Shown here: positions 59,044 to 64,000 of the stretch, in pieces
How the letters are laid out: each line of letters starts with the position of its first letter
Numbering within the stretch: position 1 is the first letter of the stretch
NCBI GenBank assembly: GCA_963666345.1
Contig: OY762721.1
Coordinates: forward strand, 1,344,001-1,408,000
DNA: 64,000 nt
Direction: 5' to 3'
Origin: Desulfatiglandales bacterium
Lineage (GTDB): Bacteria > Desulfobacterota > DSM-4660 > Desulfatiglandales > Desulfatiglandaceae
The notes under the pieces: generated by a model
What the model saw: only the letters and a program-made list of their open reading frames with translations
The model's database searches: none
What the model was told of the DNA's origin: nothing
Program-made: the position numbers and the translations under genes

Positions 59044-61503
59044 TTAATATTCAGACCTGTTTTTGATAAATCCCATCAAAATTGTGAAACTCAACGCCAG
59101 ACCGTAAAATGCCATCATCGCCTGGACTCCCGTCAGCCCCAGGGCGCTTCCCCCTGAAAAGACGAGTACTGCCACAAATAGCCCCAGAATCATCGGGTAT
59201 ATCATGGAAAAAAGCATCCATTTGACCGACCCGGTCTGTATCTTTACGGCGATCGTAGTAGCGATACAGGGCGGATAGAGCACCATAAAGAGCATCAGGG
59301 CAAGGGCGTGAAGCGAGGTAAAGGCCCCCTCCTGCTTTTCCATGCGCTTTTCCAGACTTTCACCTTCATCCTCCTGCTGGTAAAGGGCACCCAGCGTTGC
59401 CACACTGCTCTCCTTGGCTGCAAAGGCGCTCAAAAGGGCCACGTTCACCCGCCAGTTAAAACCGGCCCACCTGCTCGCGGGCTCAAGCACTCTGCCCAGC
59501 CTTCCGAGAAAACTGTTGTCGATATTCTCCTTTCTGATCTCCCTTAAAAGCCTTTTTCTGGCCTTAAAGAGTTTTTTAAAGGCACGGTTGACCTTTTTGG
59601 CCTCTTTGTCCTTTCCCGGCCTTACGATCCTGAAAAAACCAGGATTCTTCTCCCTGAATTTCTCGTTCAGGGCGGCTGTGGCCTCCTTACCCTTTGTACC
59701 CATCTTTGCGCCCTTGTAGTCATCCCAGTAAAGGACAAGCGGCATGAGGTTTTCTTTGTTTAGCCTGTCCGCATAGACCGTTCCCTGAATCTTCTTCAGG
59801 AATGAACCGACCGCCCTTTCTTTTTCACCCTCGTAATATTGAACCCTCTGCGCATCCAGCCTTGGGAACTGAAGGAGCACGAATATGACGACAGCCACAG
59901 CAGCCACAATGGTGGTTATCTTCCTGATGAAGAGCCACACCCTCTCGGTCGCCCTTTTGAGAACGCTTCTTACGGAAGGGATATGGTAGGGAGGCATCTC
60001 CATCACAAAGGGGGCGGTATGCCTTTTCCTTAAGACGGTAAGGGTCAGAAGCTTTGATATCGGCAGCACGCAGAGCAGGCTTATGGTGGAGATAAAAAGC
60101 ATGGCAAGGGTTTTGTGCTCGGCAAAGTAGATATTTATGAGAAGCACGTAAAGCGGGACCTTGGCAAGGCAGTTTAAGAGCGGAATTATCAGTATGGTCG
60201 CAAACCTTGATCTCTCGTCAGGGATCCCCTTGCACGACATGACCGCGGGAACCGCGCATCCTCCCACATACACACCCCCGAGCACCATCGGGAGGGTTGA
60301 TTGCCCGTGAAGGCCGAAGCGGCTGAAAAGCCTGTCCATGATAAAGGCCATCCTGGGCATATAGCCGCTGTCCTCCAGGATGGCTATAAGGCTGAAGAGT
60401 ATGAAAAATATCGGGATATAGTTTAAAAGTGCGTTTATGCTGTCAACAAACCAGAGCGCAAAAGCGCGTATGACGGGCACATCGATAAAACCGGGCGTAG
60501 GAGAAACGGCCTCCGTGAAGCTTCTTATCTGGGCCAGAAGGGGCCAGGTATAATTTGTGACCCTGTATCCCTGGACAATGGAAAGGTAGTAGAGAAGCCA
60601 TATCACACCGATCAGAACAACAGGCCCCATAAAACGGTTGCACACGACCCTGTCTATTCTTTCAGACAAGGGCACCTTCCAGGTATCCTTGCTTGTACAT
60701 GACCTTATGATTTCATCGGCTGTCTCATATCTCCTGTGGGCGATATGAACCGCCGGCAGCTCACCGTGGCGGGCCTCAAAATCAGACCTGAGTCTTTCCA
60801 CCTTCTCAAGGAACTCGTCCGCATCCGCATGGTGCTCCCTTATGAGCCTTTGGACCTCACCGTCTCCCTCCATAAGCTTTATTGCCAGCCACCGGCCGGG
60901 CAGATCGGACGGACCGGCCTTCTCCGCTGAGATCATCTCCTCTAACTTGCGGATAAACTCCTCCATTTCGCCGTAATCGATCCTGGATCCCGCACGTCTT
61001 TCCTTTTTGCCGACGATATTGTTGATCGCCTTAAGGACTTCTTTTTTACCCTTGCCTTTCTTGATCGAGGTAGGCACCACCGGCAGGTTGAGTCTCTCGG
61101 AAAGCCTGTTCACGTCGATCTTTAGTCCCCTTCCCTCGGCCACATCCATCATGTTGAGTTCGAATAACAGGGGGATGTCCATTTCTATGAGCTGAAAGGT
61201 AAGATAGAGGCTTCTTTTAAGGGTGGCGGCATCTGCAATATTTATTATCAGATTCGGCTTTTCACTGATGATAAAATCCCTTGAAACCCTTTCTTCAAGG
61301 CTGTAGGAGGTGAGGCTGTAGGTGCCAGGAAGGTCCACTACTTCTATCTTTTTCCCGTTATGCCTGTACCAGCCCGACATCTTATCGACCGTTACACCCG
61401 GGTAATTGGCCACATGCTGGCTTGCGCCTGTAAGCGAATTGAACAGGGTGGATTTTCCGCAGTTCGGCTGTCCTGCAAGGGCTATGACCGCATCCTTTTT
61501 CAT
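59044..61503 (-). CDS. feoB: Ferrous iron transporter B
   Basis: GQPNCGKS, NYPGVTV, DLPG.YSL, NMMD, LEDSGY, ME.PPY. Confidence 0.96.
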   Translation of the reverse strand: MKKDAVIALAGQPNCGKSTLFNSLTGASQHVANYPGVTVDKMSGWYRHNGKKIEVVDLPGTYSLTSYSLEERVSRDFIISEKPNLIINIADAATLKRSLYLTFQLIEMDIPLLFELNMMDVAEGRGLKIDVNRLSERLNLPVVPTSIKKGKGKKEVLKAINNIVGKKERRAGSRIDYGEMEEFIRKLEEMISAEKAGPSDLPGRWLAIKLMEGDGEVQRLIREHHADADEFLEKVERLRSDFEARHGELPAVHIAHRRYETADEIIRSCTSKDTWKVPLSERIDRVVCNRFMGPVVLIGVIWLLYYLSIVQGYRVTNYTWPLLAQIRSFTEAVSPTPGFIDVPVIRAFALWFVDSINALLNYIPIFFILFSLIAILEDSGYMPRMAFIMDRLFSRFGLHGQSTLPMVLGGVYVGGCAVPAVMSCKGIPDERSRFATILIIPLLNCLAKVPLYVLLINIYFAEHKTLAMLFISTISLLCVLPISKLLTLTVLRKRHTAPFVMEMPPYHIPSVRSVLKRATERVWLFIRKITTIVAAVAVVIFVLLQFPRLDAQRVQYYEGEKERAVGSFLKKIQGTVYADRLNKENLMPLVLYWDDYKGAKMGTKGKEATAALNEKFREKNPGFFRIVRPGKDKEAKKVNRAFKKLFKARKRLLREIRKENIDNSFLGRLGRVLEPASRWAGFNWRVNVALLSAFAAKESSVATLGALYQQEDEGESLEKRMEKQEGAFTSLHALALMLFMVLYPPCIATTIAVKIQTGSVKWMLFSMIYPMILGLFVAVLVFSGGSALGLTGVQAMMAFYGLALSFTILMGFIKNRSEY

Positions 61504-61724
61504 CGCAGAGTCACCTCCACAAACCTTGCCTCGTCATGTCTCAGGCTCACGAAATTGCCATCCAGATCCAGTTCCATCGGATCATTTAGCGGCGCGTTCC
61601 TTATTACCTTCACGCTCAGGCCCGGATACACGCCCATATCGAGCAGTCTCTGCCCCAGTTTATCGATTGCCGACAGTTTCTTGATTACACATTCATCACC
61701 CGGTTTCATCTGATCCAGCGTCAT
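61500..61724 (-). CDS. feoA: Ferrous iron transport protein A
   Basis: RLLDMG..PG...APL.DP...LR..EA; AAGGAG RBS before ATG 61724. Confidence 0.93.
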   Translation of the reverse strand: MTLDQMKPGDECVIKKLSAIDKLGQRLLDMGVYPGLSVKVIRNAPLNDPMELDLDGNFVSLRHDEARFVEVTLR

Positions 61725-61740
61725 TACCTGCTCCTTTTCA

Positions 61741-61828
61741 AAAAAAAAGGCGAAACAGGACACATGCATGTGCCCTTGTTCCGCCTTCACTTCTCACGCG
61801 CCGTTTAAAGGCCGCGAGCCGTAAGACA
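61741..61828 (-). ncRNA. Candidate attenuator RNA, copy A (feoA leader)
   Basis: UGUCUUACGG-[CUC..GAG stem]-AAGUGAAGGCGG...UCGCC-U8. Confidence 0.7.
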
Positions 61829-61900
61829 TTCCTAATTATATTAGACAATACAAACTTACTTAGCCTTTTCTAATAATATGCATGGGAATTCCCTTGTCAA
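61822..61900 (-). promoter_or_regulatory. feoA promoter with three DtxR/Sir-like boxes
   Basis: TTGACA-16-TATTAT; TTAG-N6-CTAA-like boxes at 61822, 61841 and 61860. Confidence 0.65.
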
Positions 61901-61982
61901 GCTATTTTTAGGATTTTTTCGTTTTGTTCATGTTTTGCCGGCGGTTCATTTGAAAACTCCATGAAACCCATATATAGCTTAT

Positions 61983-63047
61983 TCATGAGCCTACACCTAA
62001 AGGAGCCATCAAATCATCGGCGGCCTTTTCCGAGACACGCTCCACTATGATGCGTCTGATCGCGCCTGACGCAGCATCAGCCCTCTCCGGCCCTGACCTG
62101 TAAATGGCGGCGTCTTTGCCCACAGGGGATGCAGGGCGTGTGTGCCTTTTACTTTTCAACAGCCGCCACGCCTCTTTGAACTTTGCATACTTGCTGCTGT
62201 TCAGTCTAAAATCCGGTGAAAGGGTTACGCTTCTCACAGGGAGCGAACTCCTCGGGATAATAAATGAAGTCACCTTTTCCTCACCTGTAAGCCGGCATAT
62301 CACAAAGTCACATTCGCTCCAGCCTGATCTGCCGTCATGGGATATCCTGTAATATTTTTTCTTCCCTATACACACCGGCCCCGTACTTGTCTTTACGGCA
62401 ATATCCCTGCCGTTTGAACGAATCATGCGCACCCTGCCCTTTTTTATGATACAGGCATCAAGTCCCATGGACTCTAGCTTCTTTCTTACGCGAATCAAAG
62501 GACTCAGTTTTTCCGCAGACAGCCTTTCCGCCGAGTCGCGCTCAAGTCTCCTTCTCTCGCACTTTTCTCTGTATACGCCAGTGTATGGCCGGCCGGACAG
62601 GTTCCTGTAGACCTGCCTTGCGTACTCCCTTGAAAAGCCGAAGCGCCTTCCCAGACCGGAAAGCGAGCTTTCGGTCGAATTGGCCATCTCCATAAAGGAG
62701 GCAGCGGACCCCTTGCCATATTTTCGTTCAAATCTTGATGAAAAACCCTTGGACCTTTGTAGACCGTAGGCCTTCCGCAAATCGCTTATCACCCGGATAG
62801 GCACCCCGAGAAAATCGGCTATCTGGTAGTCAAAGAGGGCCTCTTTCTCGATTTTTTCCTTTATGAACTCATCAAGCCCCATCTTGTAGTGCTCTCTTAC
62901 ATAAGCGTCCAGCAGTTCTCTTTCCATTCCTTGTAAATCCCTCTTTTTGCAGACAATTCGACGCCGATTTTCAGCAGTGGGTCGTTTTACATACCCCGCA
63001 GTTTTCAAGACATAATCGCCAAAGGCTTTTTTTTGACTCCCGGTCAA
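61983..63047 (-). CDS. Basic hypothetical protein with HTH-like segments
   Basis: 354-aa ORF; YQIADFLGV and LGRRFGFSREYARQ. Confidence 0.6.
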   Translation of the reverse strand: MTGSQKKAFGDYVLKTAGYVKRPTAENRRRIVCKKRDLQGMERELLDAYVREHYKMGLDEFIKEKIEKEALFDYQIADFLGVPIRVISDLRKAYGLQRSKGFSSRFERKYGKGSAASFMEMANSTESSLSGLGRRFGFSREYARQVYRNLSGRPYTGVYREKCERRRLERDSAERLSAEKLSPLIRVRKKLESMGLDACIIKKGRVRMIRSNGRDIAVKTSTGPVCIGKKKYYRISHDGRSGWSECDFVICRLTGEEKVTSFIIPRSSLPVRSVTLSPDFRLNSSKYAKFKEAWRLLKSKRHTRPASPVGKDAAIYRSGPERADAASGAIRRIIVERVSEKAADDLMAPLGVGS

Positions 63048-63161
63048 GGCAGCGGAAATCCGACACCCCCACCATTCCTGTCCTCAAGATACGGTCCAGG
63101 GTCTTTTCGCTCAGTTCAAGACGAAGCCTTTTTCCCGTTTCGGTTTCCACTGCCGACCTTA

Positions 63162-63542
63162 TTACATCTCTTTTTCCCGTTTTTTATTTCGCCCGCAACA
63201 GGGGCAGTTGGCGCAGTCTCCTTTGCACCCGCCCTGTTTGTCTGCACAGGCTATTATCACCCTGCTTCCGTCGGGAGCGATCTCAAAACCCTTTTTCCCT
63301 TTAAACACAAGGCTGTCCGCCGGCACCTTTTTTCTGTCAAGCACACTGCGGAAAGTACTGCATCCGAATTCACACAGATCGCACAGGCTGTGGGTGTCTA
63401 TAAAAACCAAGCCGCTTCCGTCATATCCGCTGTGAATTCTTTCCGCCAGCTGGCAGGCTGAATTTCCGTCAAAATACCCCTTGAGCCGCACATGCAGGTT
63501 TCCATTGCTTTTTCTTAGCTCAATCTGAAATTCCGTACTCAT
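63162..63542 (-). CDS. STAS-like protein with Cys-rich tail
   Basis: LHVRLKG.FDG.SA..L; C-terminal C..GC.G.C..CPCC. Confidence 0.7.
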   Translation of the reverse strand: MSTEFQIELRKSNGNLHVRLKGYFDGNSACQLAERIHSGYDGSGLVFIDTHSLCDLCEFGCSTFRSVLDRKKVPADSLVFKGKKGFEIAPDGSRVIIACADKQGGCKGDCANCPCCGRNKKREKEM

Positions 63543-63634
63543 TTTCTTCCTTTCTACAATTTTTTTGTTAGACTTATTGTTTCCGTGTGAGACCTGTCTT
63601 CTAAATCATCCCGGCTGATCACCGCCTACAGGCC

Positions 63635-64000
63635 TTAATTGATGGGACCCTGAGTGTCACCCGCTTTCCGTATCACCTGGGTTATGGCGCTCAGGCTTGA
63701 GTTGGCGAGCATGTGAACCGGTTTGTTGTGCTTTTTGGCCAGGTTTTTCACAGTTGAACAGGCCGCGTGACTGTTACAGCTTACAGGGCAGAGAACCAGG
63801 TCCGCCCTCAGAAAACGGTTTTCAAGCCCCCTTGCCCCCCCTTTCATATAGCCGTCATGGTACTCGAATATACCGCCGATGCCTTCGATAAGCCTACGGT
63901 ACAAAGATTCCATGCGTGTAATGCCCCCAACTATCAGGACACGCTTTTTGCACAGATCAAAGGAAGGGCAGTTTTTGTCGCAACGGTTCAGGCAGGAGAG
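63635..64000 (-). CDS. DUF2325-type domain protein, partial (extends beyond window)
   Basis: C-rich region, RVLIVGG, ADLVLCPV.CNSH.AC..VK. Confidence 0.75.
   Translation of the reverse strand, partial: LSCLNRCDKNCPSFDLCKKRVLIVGGITRMESLYRRLIEGIGGIFEYHDGYMKGGARGLENRFLRADLVLCPVSCNSHAACSTVKNLAKKHNKPVHMLANSSLSAITQVIRKAGDTQGPIN

Noticed and set aside
61725..61790. Upstream extension of feoA
   Set aside because: It runs through the terminator hairpin and U tract; the RBS supports ATG 61724.

Overview
A 64-kb window that looks like a Desulfobacterota (deltaproteobacterial) chromosome, in three parts. (1) 1-16 kb is a complete integron: intI (+, 15012-15980) and a divergent minus-strand array of 8 gene-bearing cassettes. 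These include two class-III-cyclase-like paralogues, a nuclease-STAND (Avs-like) protein, a 1270-aa PD-(D/E)xK-like protein, a methyltransferase, two membrane proteins and a self-promoted two-gene cassette. The array ends at a RAYT-type transposase. The most striking feature is a 151-bp, 72% GC, gene-less element in four near-identical copies, each sitting exactly at an integron crossover point (three attC sites and the attI position). It has a non-canonical G|AT junction and its circularised form is largely self-complementary. (2) 16-34.7 kb is housekeeping DNA: rdgB, pgi, PMM/PGM, argJ, secA, M23 peptidase, uvrC, hisD, gcvH-lplA-radical SAM, tRNA-Lys and tRNA-Glu. (3) 34.7-64 kb is an accessory region after tRNA-Glu, with IS remnants, an EAL protein and a large iron/metal cluster (P1B ATPase, activator-marR-sufCB-cooC-fmdE-dtxR operon, siderophore-type MFS and porin, feoAB). 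Three leaders in this cluster share a covarying antiterminator/terminator RNA motif that I do not recognise. All calls come from reading the sequence by eye; no database searches were run.
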